This document shows positions 28,955 through 38,713 of a stretch of DNA of 64,000 bases, one piece after another. The first letter of the stretch is position 1; every line of letters begins with the position of its first letter. Made by a program: the position numbers and the translations under genes. Under the pieces are notes generated by a model. That model was given only the letters and a program-made list of their open reading frames with translations. It was not told where the DNA came from and did no database searches. Source of the stretch: Chloroflexota bacterium (GTDB taxonomy: Bacteria > Chloroflexota > Anaerolineae > UBA1429); NCBI GenBank assembly GCA_012729455.1, contig JAAYDC010000012.1, forward strand, positions 10,965-74,964. The letters run 5' to 3'.

Positions 28955-29887
28955 ATGACACGATTTAACTTGGGCATTAACATGGGGTTCGCTACCAACC
29001 GCTTTCCAGAGGCCGAGATGTGGGCGCGCATTGTCGCAGAAGACTTGGGCCTGCGACACGTGCAGCTGGTAGCCGACCTGCTCAACCCCTGGTGGCCTGA
29101 ATACGTGCTGGAAGCCGAACTCGAGCGCATCCAGCGCGCGACCCAGCGCTATGGACTCCAGATTGACACGTTAATGTCCAGTACTCTCACGCGCTATAAC
29201 TTTTTTCTTTACCCCTACGCCGAGCTGCGTAACGCTTATGTTGACTGGTACTGCAAATTCGGGCAACTGGCTGCCCGTCTGGGCGCCAAAGGAATCGGCA
29301 GCCACTTTTCAACCTTTACCGTGCACGACTATGCCGACCCAACCCGCCGTGAAGCACGCCTGAGCGAAGCGGTCAGGCTGTGGCAAGAGATCAGTCACAT
29401 CGCGCGCGACGCCGGGCTGGAATACCTCTACATTGAGACGATGTCGATCCCGCGCGAGCTGGCCGATACGATCGCGGGCGCCAAGGAAATCCTGGCACGC
29501 ATTAACGAGCATTCTGCGCTGCCGTTCTACTTTTGCCTGGATGTCGGGCACGCCCCGCACCCCAGCGAGCGCGACCCATACCCGTGGCTCGAGCAACTCG
29601 GCAAGGATTCGCGCATCTGCCACCTGCAGCAGACCGAATTAAACCACAGCCGTCATTGGCCCTTTACCGAACCCTATAACGAGCGCGGCATCGTCGATCC
29701 GCAGCGGACTCTGGAGGCACTGACAGCCTCGGGGGCTGAGGAGATCGTGCTGGCTTTCGAGATCAGCCATCGCGAACGCGCCGAAGACGATCCGCTGGTG
29801 ATCCCAGAGCTGGCCGCGTCGGCGCGTTACTGGCGTGAATTCCTGCCCGTCGACGGCGAATGGCAGCCTCAGAAGGCGCGCGCATGA
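28955..29887 (+). CDS. sugar phosphate isomerase/epimerase (xylose-isomerase-like TIM barrel) family protein
   Basis: 310 aa. The motifs IETMS...E and CLDVGHA fit the metal-binding residues of AP-endonuclease-2 / TIM-barrel sugar isomerases. Confidence 0.7.
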   Translation: MTRFNLGINMGFATNRFPEAEMWARIVAEDLGLRHVQLVADLLNPWWPEYVLEAELERIQRATQRYGLQIDTLMSSTLTRYNFFLYPYAELRNAYVDWYCKFGQLAARLGAKGIGSHFSTFTVHDYADPTRREARLSEAVRLWQEISHIARDAGLEYLYIETMSIPRELADTIAGAKEILARINEHSALPFYFCLDVGHAPHPSERDPYPWLEQLGKDSRICHLQQTELNHSRHWPFTEPYNERGIVDPQRTLEALTASGAEEIVLAFEISHRERAEDDPLVIPELAASARYWREFLPVDGEWQPQKARA

Positions 29888-30927
29888 AAGCACTGATGTT
29901 GCACGCCATCGGCGACCTGCGCCTCGAACAGGTGCCTATGCCGCAGCCGCGCGAGAGCGAGGCGCTCATCCGCGTCGCAGCCGCCGGCATCTGCGGCTCG
30001 GACCTGCCGCGCATCTATGAGCACGGCACTTATCGCTTCCCGCTTATCCCCGGGCACGAACTGGCCGGCACCATCGCCGAGATCAACGGCTCGAGCGACC
30101 TGCACCCCGGCCAGGCGGTAGCCATCAAACCGCTGATTGCCTGCGGCGAGTGCGCCTACTGCCGATCCGGCAACCTGGGACAGTGCGTCGATTATGACTA
30201 CCTGGGTTCCCGGCGCGACGGCGGCTTTGCCGAGTACGTCTGCGCCCCGCTTGATAACCTGGTGCCGGTGCCCGAAGGCGTGCCCCTGATCGAGGCAACC
30301 CTATGCGAGCCAGCTGCGGTAGCCCTGCACGCCCTGCACCAGGGCGATATTCGGCCCGGCGATGTGGTGGCCATCCTGGGCACCGGGCCGATCGGCATGC
30401 TGCTGGCGCAGTGGTCCTGGTATTGCGGTGCCAGCCAGGTGATATTGGCGGATATCGACCAAGCCAAACTCGAGCTGGCTGAGAGCCTGACGCTGGGCAT
30501 CACCGTCAACTCGCGCACCAGCGACCCCATCGCGGCAGTACGCGCGGCCAGCCATGGACAGCGCGGTGCCGACCTGGTGATCGAAGCCGCCGGCGCGGCT
30601 ATTACCGTCGCACAAGCCATCGAGATGGCGCGCCCGCTGGGTACAGTGGTGCTGATGGGCAACCCCTCCGGAGACGTGGCCTTGTCGCAGGCGCTTGTTT
30701 CGCAGATTCTGCGTAAACAACTCACCCTGCGCGGCACCTGGAACTCTAATTTCGGGGCACTGCCGGTGGACGAGTGGCAGCTGGTGCTGGATGCTGCCGC
30801 CCGAAGGCGCATCTGCCTGGGGCCGATGATCTCGCATGCCGTCCCGCTGGAACAGGGCCCCGAGACACTGGAAATGATGCACCAGCGCCGCGAGTTTTAC
30901 ACGCGCGTGGTGCTCACTAACCCATAA
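29884..30927 (+). CDS. zinc-dependent alcohol/polyol dehydrogenase (MDR family)
   Basis: It has the catalytic Zn motif GICGSDLPRIYEHG, the structural Zn Cys cluster CGECAYCRSGNLGQC, and a GTGPIG Rossmann motif. Its start overlaps the previous stop as ATGA. Confidence 0.8.
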   Translation: MKALMLHAIGDLRLEQVPMPQPRESEALIRVAAAGICGSDLPRIYEHGTYRFPLIPGHELAGTIAEINGSSDLHPGQAVAIKPLIACGECAYCRSGNLGQCVDYDYLGSRRDGGFAEYVCAPLDNLVPVPEGVPLIEATLCEPAAVALHALHQGDIRPGDVVAILGTGPIGMLLAQWSWYCGASQVILADIDQAKLELAESLTLGITVNSRTSDPIAAVRAASHGQRGADLVIEAAGAAITVAQAIEMARPLGTVVLMGNPSGDVALSQALVSQILRKQLTLRGTWNSNFGALPVDEWQLVLDAAARRRICLGPMISHAVPLEQGPETLEMMHQRREFYTRVVLTNP

Positions 30928-30938
30928 GGAGAGACGAG

Positions 30939-31997
30939 ATGTTAGCAGCCCTCCTCGAAGGAATCGATCGGATGACGGTGCAGCAGGTGCCTGATCCACA
31001 GTTGCCCGATGAAGACAGCATTATCCTGCACGTGCATGCCTGTGCGGTGTGCGGCTCGGACCTGCGCATCTATCATCACGGCAACCCGCGCGTGCATCCG
31101 CCGCAGGTGATCGGCCACGAAGTGGCCGGCGAGGTGGCCGCCGTTGGCAAGCATGTTACGCATCTGGCAGTTGGCGAGCGCGTAGCTCTTTCGGCAGATG
31201 TGCCCTGCGGGGTGTGCAACTGGTGCCGCGATGGGCTGGGCAACATGTGTGCGATCAACTATGCCATCGGCTACCAGTTCCCCGGCGGATTCGCCGAGCT
31301 GATGCCCGTCAATGCCACCACGGTAAGGTTCGGAGCGGTGCATCGCATCCCCGATAACCTGACTCATGAAGAGGCCGCCCTAGCCGAACCGCTGGCGTGC
31401 GTGATCAACGGCCTGGAAGCCTGCCGCATCGGCTTGGGCGAGAGCGTGGTAGTGATCGGCGCCGGCCCAGCCGGCTGTATGCTGATGCGCCTGGCGCGCT
31501 CGTATGGCGCCGCCAAAGTCATTGGAGTGCTGCGCTCGCCTGGACGCATGGAGAGCGCGCGCACCCTGGGCGGCGCGGATGTGGTGATCAACTCCCAGGA
31601 GCAGGATCCGATCGAAGCCGTCCTGGCTGCCACAGGCGGCGAGGGCGCGGATGTGGTGATCACGGCCAACTCGTCGGTCGAAACCCATGCCCAGGCGCTC
31701 AAGATGGCGCGCAGCCGCGGGCGCATCAACTATTTCGGCGGTCTGCCCAAGGGCTCGCCCACCATCGACCTGGATAGCAACCTGATCCATTACAAGGAAC
31801 TGTCTCTAACGGGCTCGCACGGCAGTGTACCGCGCCAGCATCGCCTAGCTTTAGAGTTGATCTCGGCGGGGGTGATCGTGGCGCGCGACTATATCACCCA
31901 TCGCTTCCCGCTCGACCAGATCGCCCAGGCTTTTGCCGCCTCAGAAGGGCGTGCCGGTATGAAGGTGATCGTCGAACCGCAAAAAAGCGGAGCCTGA
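30939..31997 (+). CDS. zinc-dependent alcohol/polyol dehydrogenase (MDR family), second copy
   Basis: It has CAVCGSDLRIYHHG, the structural Cys cluster CGVCNWCRDG and a GAGPAG Rossmann motif. Confidence 0.8.
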   Translation: MLAALLEGIDRMTVQQVPDPQLPDEDSIILHVHACAVCGSDLRIYHHGNPRVHPPQVIGHEVAGEVAAVGKHVTHLAVGERVALSADVPCGVCNWCRDGLGNMCAINYAIGYQFPGGFAELMPVNATTVRFGAVHRIPDNLTHEEAALAEPLACVINGLEACRIGLGESVVVIGAGPAGCMLMRLARSYGAAKVIGVLRSPGRMESARTLGGADVVINSQEQDPIEAVLAATGGEGADVVITANSSVETHAQALKMARSRGRINYFGGLPKGSPTIDLDSNLIHYKELSLTGSHGSVPRQHRLALELISAGVIVARDYITHRFPLDQIAQAFAASEGRAGMKVIVEPQKSGA

Positions 31998-32000
31998 GGA

Positions 32001-32672
32001 ATGCCCCAGATCAAAGTATGTGCCTCGCTGGCCTGCGCCGACCTGCTCAACCTGGAGCGTGACCTGCGCGCCATGGAAGCCGCCGGCATCGATTACCTGC
32101 ACATCGACGTGATGGATGGCACCTTTGTGCCCAACCTGGCACTCGGCACCGACCTGCTGCGCGCGGTCGGCCGGGCAACGCGCATCCCGCTGGATGTGCA
32201 CCTGATGATCGAGCGCCCCGAGCGCTACATCGAGACCTTTCATGTCCTCGGCGCCCAGGTGCTCACCGTCCATCAGGAGGCCAGCATCCACCTGCAGCGC
32301 ACCCTGGCGGCGATTCGAGGGCTGGGGATGCGCGCCGGTGTGGCTCTCAACCCGGCCACACCGCTCGAGACACTGCGCTATGTACTGGATGATATCGACC
32401 TGCTGCTGATTATGACGGTCAACCCGGGCTTTGCCGGGCAAAAGCTGATCCCCAGCACGCTTGGCAAGATCGCCGACGCGCGCGCCCTGTTTGAGGCGCA
32501 TCATCGCGAGGTCGATATTCAAGTGGATGGCAATGTCAGTTTTGAAAACGCTGTGCGCATGGCCCAGGCCGGCGCCAACTGGCTGGTAGGCGGCACATCG
32601 AGCCTGTTTATGTCAGGGTTAACCATCGCCGAGGGGGCACGTCAGCTGCGTACCGCCGCCGGCGCCGCATAA
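32001..32672 (+). CDS. ribulose-phosphate 3-epimerase family protein (Rpe / allulose-6-phosphate 3-epimerase-like)
   Basis: 223 aa with HIDVMDG, NPGFAGQ and the Rpe (beta/alpha)8 signature. Confidence 0.8.
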   Translation: MPQIKVCASLACADLLNLERDLRAMEAAGIDYLHIDVMDGTFVPNLALGTDLLRAVGRATRIPLDVHLMIERPERYIETFHVLGAQVLTVHQEASIHLQRTLAAIRGLGMRAGVALNPATPLETLRYVLDDIDLLLIMTVNPGFAGQKLIPSTLGKIADARALFEAHHREVDIQVDGNVSFENAVRMAQAGANWLVGGTSSLFMSGLTIAEGARQLRTAAGAA

Positions 32673-32694
32673 CCATATTCACGGAAGGAGCACT

Positions 32695-33015
32695 ATGCAA
32701 CGCATCGGGTTCATTTTAAAGGTCAAGAAGGGTTGCATCGAAGAGTACAAGCGCCGCCACGCCAACGTCTGGCCCGAAATGCGCCAGGCCCTCTCAGAGA
32801 CCGGCTGGCACAACTATTCGCTCTTTATGCGCGAAGATGGACTGCTGTTTGGCTATGTTGAGACCGAGGATTTTGAGGCAGCCAAGGCTGGCATGGCCAA
32901 GCGCGAAGTCAACGCGCGCTGGCAGGCTGAGATGAGCGAGTTCTTTGAAGCCCTCGAAGGTCAAGCACCCGACGAGGCCATGTCGCCGCTAGAGCAGGTC
33001 TTTTTCCTGCCCTAA
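32695..33015 (+). CDS. rhaM: L-rhamnose mutarotase
   Basis: 106 aa reading MQRIGFILKVK...EYKRRH..VWPE...GWHNYSLF, the RhaM/YiiL family signature. Confidence 0.8.
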   Translation: MQRIGFILKVKKGCIEEYKRRHANVWPEMRQALSETGWHNYSLFMREDGLLFGYVETEDFEAAKAGMAKREVNARWQAEMSEFFEALEGQAPDEAMSPLEQVFFLP

Positions 33016-33020
33016 AGCAC

Positions 33021-34376
33021 TCAATTAGACAGCTTGCCCGGCTCAGGCTGCCAGATGGCTGCAAGCCGCGGCGATGCCTGCCGGGTAAGCTGCTGAATAC
33101 GAGCGAGCGCTGCAACACTGTGCGCCTCAAAACGCAGTGTAATGAGCGGCTCGGTAACGGATGTGCGTGCCAGCGCCCAGCCATCCTCAAAGAGGATGCG
33201 CACACCATCGAGGTGCTCCTGCGGCCAGTCAGCCAGGTTGCCGCGCAGCTCAGTGATAATCGCCTGGGCCTCCTGAGGCGCGCAGGGGATGCGCAAATCC
33301 GGCGTGATGGGGTAGCTAGCGACGGTCGCCGCAGCCTGCCCCAGCGACATGCCCAGTTCATCCAGCACCTGCAAAAGCAGCACGGCCGTATAGAGGGCGT
33401 CATCCCGCTCCAGCTTGCCGATAAAGTAATGCCCGCTCACCTCACCGCCCAATAGGGCGCCCTCTTCAAAGAGGCGGCGTTTGATAAAGGCGTGCCCCGA
33501 ACGTTCGGGCAGCGCCACACCGCCGGCCGCTGCCACCTCTTCCGCCACCACCGACGACGACTTGATATCATACACCACCCTGGCGCCTGGGTTGGCGCAC
33601 AGCAGCGACCGGATCAGCAGCACCAGCACCTTTTCGGCTTTGAGCACCTCGCCGGTCTCGTCGATGAAGACCGCACGGTCGCCGTCGCCGTCGAATGCCA
33701 CGGCGAGATCGGCATGCGCGTCTGACACCATCTGGCGCGTAGCGCTGAGGTTGGCCGCTACCGCCGGGTTGGGGTCGCGGTTGGGAAAGCTGCCATCCGG
33801 CGTGCAATAGAGCGGCAGCACTTCCTGACCGCAGGCTTCCAGCACCCTGGGCGCCAGCTGCCAGAACGAGCCGCTGCCGGCATCCACCACCACCCGCCGG
33901 CGGCTCAGGCCGCCAAAGGCGGAGGCAATCGAGGCGGCATAGGCATCCTGCACATCGCGCGCCTCCAGCCGCCCAGCTCCGCTGGTAAACGCCCCCGTAC
34001 GCATCAGAGCAGCCAGATCGCTGAGGTCTTCCGGGATAACCGGCAGATCGCCCAGGATTATTTTAAAGCCATTATATTGCCCGGGGTTGTGCGAGGCGGT
34101 CACCATCACACCGCCCTGAGTGCCAAGCAGGCTCTTGCCAAAGTAAAACACCGGCGTCGGGATGATGCCCAGGTCAACGACATGTGCACCGCCGGCAAGC
34201 AGGCCCTCAATGAGGCGCTCCTTGAGCTGAGGGGTGCTGACACGCAGATCGCCAGCCACAGCCACGCTCTGGTCGTTCAGACGGGTGGCGATAGCACGTC
34301 CCAGCAGCCAGGCGGTACGCTCGTCCAACTCACTCGGATAGATTCCGCGGATATCGCAGGCTTTAAAGATGCTCAT
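33021..34376 (-). CDS. phosphomannomutase/phosphoglucomutase
   Basis: It has a TASHNP active-site loop, the GFDGDGDR metal site and the GGEVSGH sugar loop. Its start overlaps the FGGY kinase stop by 4 nt. Confidence 0.85.
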   Translation of the reverse strand: MSIFKACDIRGIYPSELDERTAWLLGRAIATRLNDQSVAVAGDLRVSTPQLKERLIEGLLAGGAHVVDLGIIPTPVFYFGKSLLGTQGGVMVTASHNPGQYNGFKIILGDLPVIPEDLSDLAALMRTGAFTSGAGRLEARDVQDAYAASIASAFGGLSRRRVVVDAGSGSFWQLAPRVLEACGQEVLPLYCTPDGSFPNRDPNPAVAANLSATRQMVSDAHADLAVAFDGDGDRAVFIDETGEVLKAEKVLVLLIRSLLCANPGARVVYDIKSSSVVAEEVAAAGGVALPERSGHAFIKRRLFEEGALLGGEVSGHYFIGKLERDDALYTAVLLLQVLDELGMSLGQAAATVASYPITPDLRIPCAPQEAQAIITELRGNLADWPQEHLDGVRILFEDGWALARTSVTEPLITLRFEAHSVAALARIQQLTRQASPRLAAIWQPEPGKLSN

Positions 34377-35830
34377 GCCAGGTAACCTCTCTCGCGGCAG
34401 GCCGCCACAAAGCGCTGATAACGCTCCTCATACGCAGCCGCATAACCCGTGCGTGGTTCGACGCGCTGTGCAGGATATACCATCGCCGCCACCGCCTCGG
34501 TCACGTTCGGGAAGGCCGAACCGGCTGCCGCCAGGATCGCCGCCCCCATCGCACCGCTGGGCACCTGCGGCACGCTCAGTACCTTGCCAAGCACATCTGC
34601 GCGGATCTGTAACCCGGCTGCCGATTGGGTCGCCCCGCCGACGGCATAGATGGTGTCGCCCACCTGGGCGCCCAAGTCGCTGACCACCTGGTACGCCAGT
34701 CGCTCGACATAGGCAATCCCCTCGAGGTGCGCGGTAAAGTATTCTTGCACATCGTGCGCCTGTCCCAGGATAAAGCCCTCGGCCGAGGGCGCGTTAAAGG
34801 GGAAACGCTCCCCGCGGCGTGCCAGTGGATACACCACCAGATCAGTCGGGGTGCGCTGGCTGGCAGCAGCGTTCAGCTCGTCGAGCTGGGCAGCCTCAAA
34901 GCGCTGGGCGATGCAATCGGCGCCCGCGCTGGAGGCTCCCCCCGGAAGCCAGTAGCCCTGCGGATGGCGGTGGCAGTAGACGCGCCCAGATGGGTCGCGG
35001 ATCAGTGCCTCGCTGACGCCCTTGAGCACCAGGGTGGTGCCGAGGGTCGAGTTCCACTCCCCGATCGCAGCCGCACCGCTGGCCAGTTGCGAGGCAGTGC
35101 CGTCCGTGGCGCCGGCGTATACCTGTGTCTGAGCCGATAACCCGCTGCGCTCGCTGACTTTGTCACATATCGGTGCGATCGGCGCGCCGGGCGCCACCAC
35201 GTTGGGCAGCTTGGCCATATCCAGCCCCAGGCGCTCGCCGATAAAGGCCGGCCATGAGAGGTCCACCACGTCATAGCCCGTCTTGAGGGCGTTGGTCCAA
35301 TCCGTCACACCCCACACGCCCGTCAGCCAGCCGATCACCAGATCGGTTGGGCTGCAGAACCAGCGCGCTGCCTCGAGAGATTGCGGTTCGTGGCATTGTA
35401 GCCACACCAGGCGGCTGATGGCGTATGAGGCACTGAACTTGCTGCCCAGCTTTAACGAGATCTCCTCGCCGGCAGCCTGCACAATGGCAGCCTCCTCGGC
35501 GGCGCGTACGTCGGAATACATGATCGCCGGACGCACCGGCTCCCCGGCTGCGTCCACCAGGCAGAGCGTGCCCGAGGTTGAGGTCACCGAAAGCGCGGCG
35601 ATCGCATCAGCAGGCTGCCCCGTCTCAGCCAGCTTTGCCAGGGCAGCCTGCAGAGCCTGCCAGGTGGCTGAGTGCCAGGCATGTGCATCCTGCTCGTTAT
35701 AACCAGCCGGGCCGTCCTGCTGCAGGGCATCACTAAAGGCGACGGAAGCCTCAGCCTGAACGGCTCCCTGAGCGTCGCACACCAGCACCCTTACGCCCTG
35801 GGTGCCCAAGTCGATCCCGCCAAACAGCAT
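34373..35830 (-). CDS. FGGY-family carbohydrate kinase (xylulokinase/rhamnulokinase-like)
   Basis: It reads MLFGGIDLGTQGVRVLVCD..., the actin-like ATPase FGGY N- and C-domains. The start was trimmed to the ATG at 35830, because the track ORF is over-extended. Confidence 0.8.
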   Translation of the reverse strand: MLFGGIDLGTQGVRVLVCDAQGAVQAEASVAFSDALQQDGPAGYNEQDAHAWHSATWQALQAALAKLAETGQPADAIAALSVTSTSGTLCLVDAAGEPVRPAIMYSDVRAAEEAAIVQAAGEEISLKLGSKFSASYAISRLVWLQCHEPQSLEAARWFCSPTDLVIGWLTGVWGVTDWTNALKTGYDVVDLSWPAFIGERLGLDMAKLPNVVAPGAPIAPICDKVSERSGLSAQTQVYAGATDGTASQLASGAAAIGEWNSTLGTTLVLKGVSEALIRDPSGRVYCHRHPQGYWLPGGASSAGADCIAQRFEAAQLDELNAAASQRTPTDLVVYPLARRGERFPFNAPSAEGFILGQAHDVQEYFTAHLEGIAYVERLAYQVVSDLGAQVGDTIYAVGGATQSAAGLQIRADVLGKVLSVPQVPSGAMGAAILAAAGSAFPNVTEAVAAMVYPAQRVEPRTGYAAAYEERYQRFVAACRERGYLA

Positions 35831-35897
35831 GCTCTCACCTCGTGGATTGATCTCGTATATAATGGCTGGCATCAGATGCCCTGTCAAAGGAGGTCCC

Positions 35898-36828
35898 ATG
35901 AGCGAGTTGAGCCCCCTGGAGCGCACCATGCGTCGCTTAAAGGGCGAGCCCGTGGACCGCATCCCCAACCAGAACATTGTGATGGGCCTGGCAGCCCACT
36001 ATATCGGCACCACCTACGACCGTTTCGCCCAGGATTACCGCCTGCTGGCTAAAGCCGCTTTACGCACCAGCGAGGCATTTGGCTTTGACTGGGTCTCAGT
36101 GATCTCGGACCCGGTGCGCGAGACCTCCGCCTATGGCGCCACCATCCACTATCCGCATGACGCGGTGCCCTACTGCGACCCACTGGTCACCGATTATGCC
36201 ATGGTCGACGACCTGCCGCGCTGGGACCCTGCCGCCTGCCCCCGCACAGCGGATCGGCTGAACGCACTGGTGGTGCTAAAAGGCCAGGTCGGCGGATACT
36301 ACCCGATCGGCGGATGGGTCGAGGGGGCAGCGGCCGAAGCAGCCAACCTGGTGGGCGTGACACGGTTTCTCGAGGACGTCCTGCTGCAGCCCAAAGCTCT
36401 GGAACCTCTGCTGGATTTGTGCAACGAGCAGGCGATCCGTTTTGCTCGGGCGCAGCTGACGTCGGGTGCCGACCTGATCGGCATCGGCGACGCGGTCTGC
36501 TCGCTGATGGGCCCCGCCCAACACCACGCGCCTGCTGCCCTTGCTGGGTGAGACGGGCGCCAACATCATCGATATCGACTGGATGGTCGACTATGCCTCG
36601 GCGGTGGCGCATATCGGGGAAAAGGTGACGGTCAACGGCAATATCGACCCGGTGGGCGTCTTTTTACAGGGCTCTGCCAACGATGTGGCGAATGCGGTGA
36701 TGCGCTGCCACGCGGCGGGCAATGCGCGTTCGATGATCAGCGCCGGCTGCGAGCTGCCGGTGGGCACACCTGAGGCCAACCTGGCCGCACATTACGAGAT
36801 GGCAGGGCGCCTCAAGAGCACCGCATAG
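35898..36828 (+). pseudogene. URO-D/MtaA-family methyltransferase gene disrupted by an internal ~73-nt deletion and frameshift
   Basis: Two track ORFs (35802-36551 and 36541-36828) together cover an MtaA-like protein, and the ATG at 35898 carries an AGGAGG RBS. After ...IGDAVCSLMGP the frame breaks and the sequence resumes as NTTRLLPLLGETGANIIDIDWMVD. About 24 residues are missing, including the conserved HxCG motif that is present in the intact paralog (ILHVCGQTT). Confidence 0.6.
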
Positions 36829-38042
36829 GTGTTGGTGATCAGCAGGCCGGCGCGCTGCCAGGCAAAATGATCCTTGGCGCGCTGGCGCAGGCGGCTGCCC
36901 AGCTGGGCGCAGCGTTCGGGATCATCCAGCAGGCCGCTGATGCCTTGAGCCAGGCTGGCGGCGCTGCCGAACTCGGCATAGACGCCATGCTCATCCAGAT
37001 ATTCGTGGCTGACGGGGGTATCAAAAGCCACGGTCGGCAGTGCCATCGACATATAGTTGAGCAGCTTGCCGGCGCCCTCCGTCTTGGATAGCTTGGGTAG
37101 CACGGCTACGTCTCCGATCGCGAGAAGCTTTGGGGCATCCTGGTAGGGCACGCGCCCTGTAAAGGTCACCCGGTTACGCAGCCCCAGCTGCGCGGCCCTT
37201 TCGCGGTAGAGCTCGACGTTGGGGTAGCCGGCGATCACAAAATGCACATCGTCGCGCTGATTCGCGATCTGCTGAGCAGCCTCCAGCAACACCGGAATGC
37301 CCTGGTAATCGGCCAACAAGCCGAGGTACATGACCACTTTACGCCCTGCCGGCACACCCCAAAGGCGTCGCAGGGCCGAGAGCTGCGCTTCATCCTGCAC
37401 GGACATGAAAAAGTCGGTATTGACGCAATCCGGCACGTGGATGATCTGGCGCGGTGAGCAGCCATATTCGTTTACCAGGATATCGGCGGCGTTATCTGAG
37501 CTGGTGACAATACTGGAAGTGTGCCGATTAATAAAACCTTCCAGCGAACGAAACAGGTGATACCCGATCGTGCCGCGCCGGATAAAGCGGTGATCCTGCA
37601 TCTCGTTGACCAGCGAGCCCTGGAAATCAAACACCAACGGCACGCCCCACAGTTTGGCCAGCACCTGGCCCACCAGGGCGCCCTCGTGCAGGTGGGCATG
37701 GATGATATCGGGCTTGACCTGCACCATGGCTGCCAATGAACGCGCAAACAGCAATATGTCGTAGGCGATCTTGTGCCACGAAGAGCCGACTTCCCAATCG
37801 CGCCGCCAAGGGATTGCCGCGGTGCGCAGGATGGGGATATCGGGCACGTCGTTGCCGGTGCGGTAGGTAACGATTGTCACCTCGCTGCCCATCTGCTGCA
37901 GGATGCGCGCCTCTTCGAGGATACGCACATGGCAGCCGTAATCGGCAAAGAAGGAGGTGGGCGCGATCATCAGCACCCGATACCCCGCTTGTGAGGGCTG
38001 ATCGGGCTCGCGAGGCGCTACTGGTTCCGCCACATGCGCCAC
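36792..38042 (-). CDS. glycosyltransferase family 4 (GT-B)
   Basis: 416 aa. The N-terminal YRVLMIAPTSFFADYGCHVR and the C-terminal GT4 donor-binding region are both present. Confidence 0.75.
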   Translation of the reverse strand: MAHVAEPVAPREPDQPSQAGYRVLMIAPTSFFADYGCHVRILEEARILQQMGSEVTIVTYRTGNDVPDIPILRTAAIPWRRDWEVGSSWHKIAYDILLFARSLAAMVQVKPDIIHAHLHEGALVGQVLAKLWGVPLVFDFQGSLVNEMQDHRFIRRGTIGYHLFRSLEGFINRHTSSIVTSSDNAADILVNEYGCSPRQIIHVPDCVNTDFFMSVQDEAQLSALRRLWGVPAGRKVVMYLGLLADYQGIPVLLEAAQQIANQRDDVHFVIAGYPNVELYRERAAQLGLRNRVTFTGRVPYQDAPKLLAIGDVAVLPKLSKTEGAGKLLNYMSMALPTVAFDTPVSHEYLDEHGVYAEFGSAASLAQGISGLLDDPERCAQLGSRLRQRAKDHFAWQRAGLLITNTYAVLLRRPAIS

Positions 38043-38713
38043 CGTAGTTTAAAGAGCTCCCTAAAAGCTCGCAGAATCACGTGCAGCTTGGCGCCCGTTT
38101 GGGTACCAGCCACCCTTGGGTAGTGGCTGACGGGCTCTTCGACGATCTTAAAGCCGGCGCGCTTGGTGCGCACCAGAAACTCGGCGCTGAACATGGCTCC
38201 GCCCGATTCCACGGTAAAGGTATCGATAATTCGGCGCGTAAAGAGTTTAAAAGCGCAGTCGACATCGCGCACGGTGTAGCCAAACAAGAGGTTTACCAGC
38301 CAGCTCCAGCCGTTGCCAAAGAGCCGCCGATACCACGGGTCGCTGCGCGAAAAACGGTAGCCTGCCACCATGTCGGCCTCTGCCATGCGCGGCAAAAAGC
38401 GCTCGATCTCACCGAGGTCAAACTGGAGGTCTGAATCGGTTGTCAGGATCAGTTCCTTGGTAGCTGCCCAGATGCTATCGCGCACGGCGGCGCCATACCC
38501 CATATTGACGGCGTGACGGATCAGGCGCACGCGGCTATCGGCAGCAGCCAGGTCAGCCACTACCTGGGCGGTGTTATCCTTGCTGCCGTCATCGACGATC
38601 ACGATCTCGAGGTCATCGACCAAAGGACCCACCTTGGTCTTGATCATCTCGACCATCGGGCCCAGATTGAGGGCTTCGTTGTAAGCGGGCATGGCAACGG
38701 TTAGGCTGGTCAT
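38018..38713 (-). CDS. GT2 polyprenyl-phosphate glycosyltransferase (dolichyl-phosphate mannose synthase DPM1-like)
   Basis: 231 aa. The sequence MPAYNEALNL...IVIVDDGSKDNT...DSDLQ is the DPM1/ArnC-type GT-A with DxD. Confidence 0.8.
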   Translation of the reverse strand: MTSLTVAMPAYNEALNLGPMVEMIKTKVGPLVDDLEIVIVDDGSKDNTAQVVADLAAADSRVRLIRHAVNMGYGAAVRDSIWAATKELILTTDSDLQFDLGEIERFLPRMAEADMVAGYRFSRSDPWYRRLFGNGWSWLVNLLFGYTVRDVDCAFKLFTRRIIDTFTVESGGAMFSAEFLVRTKRAGFKIVEEPVSHYPRVAGTQTGAKLHVILRAFRELFKLRWRMWRNQ

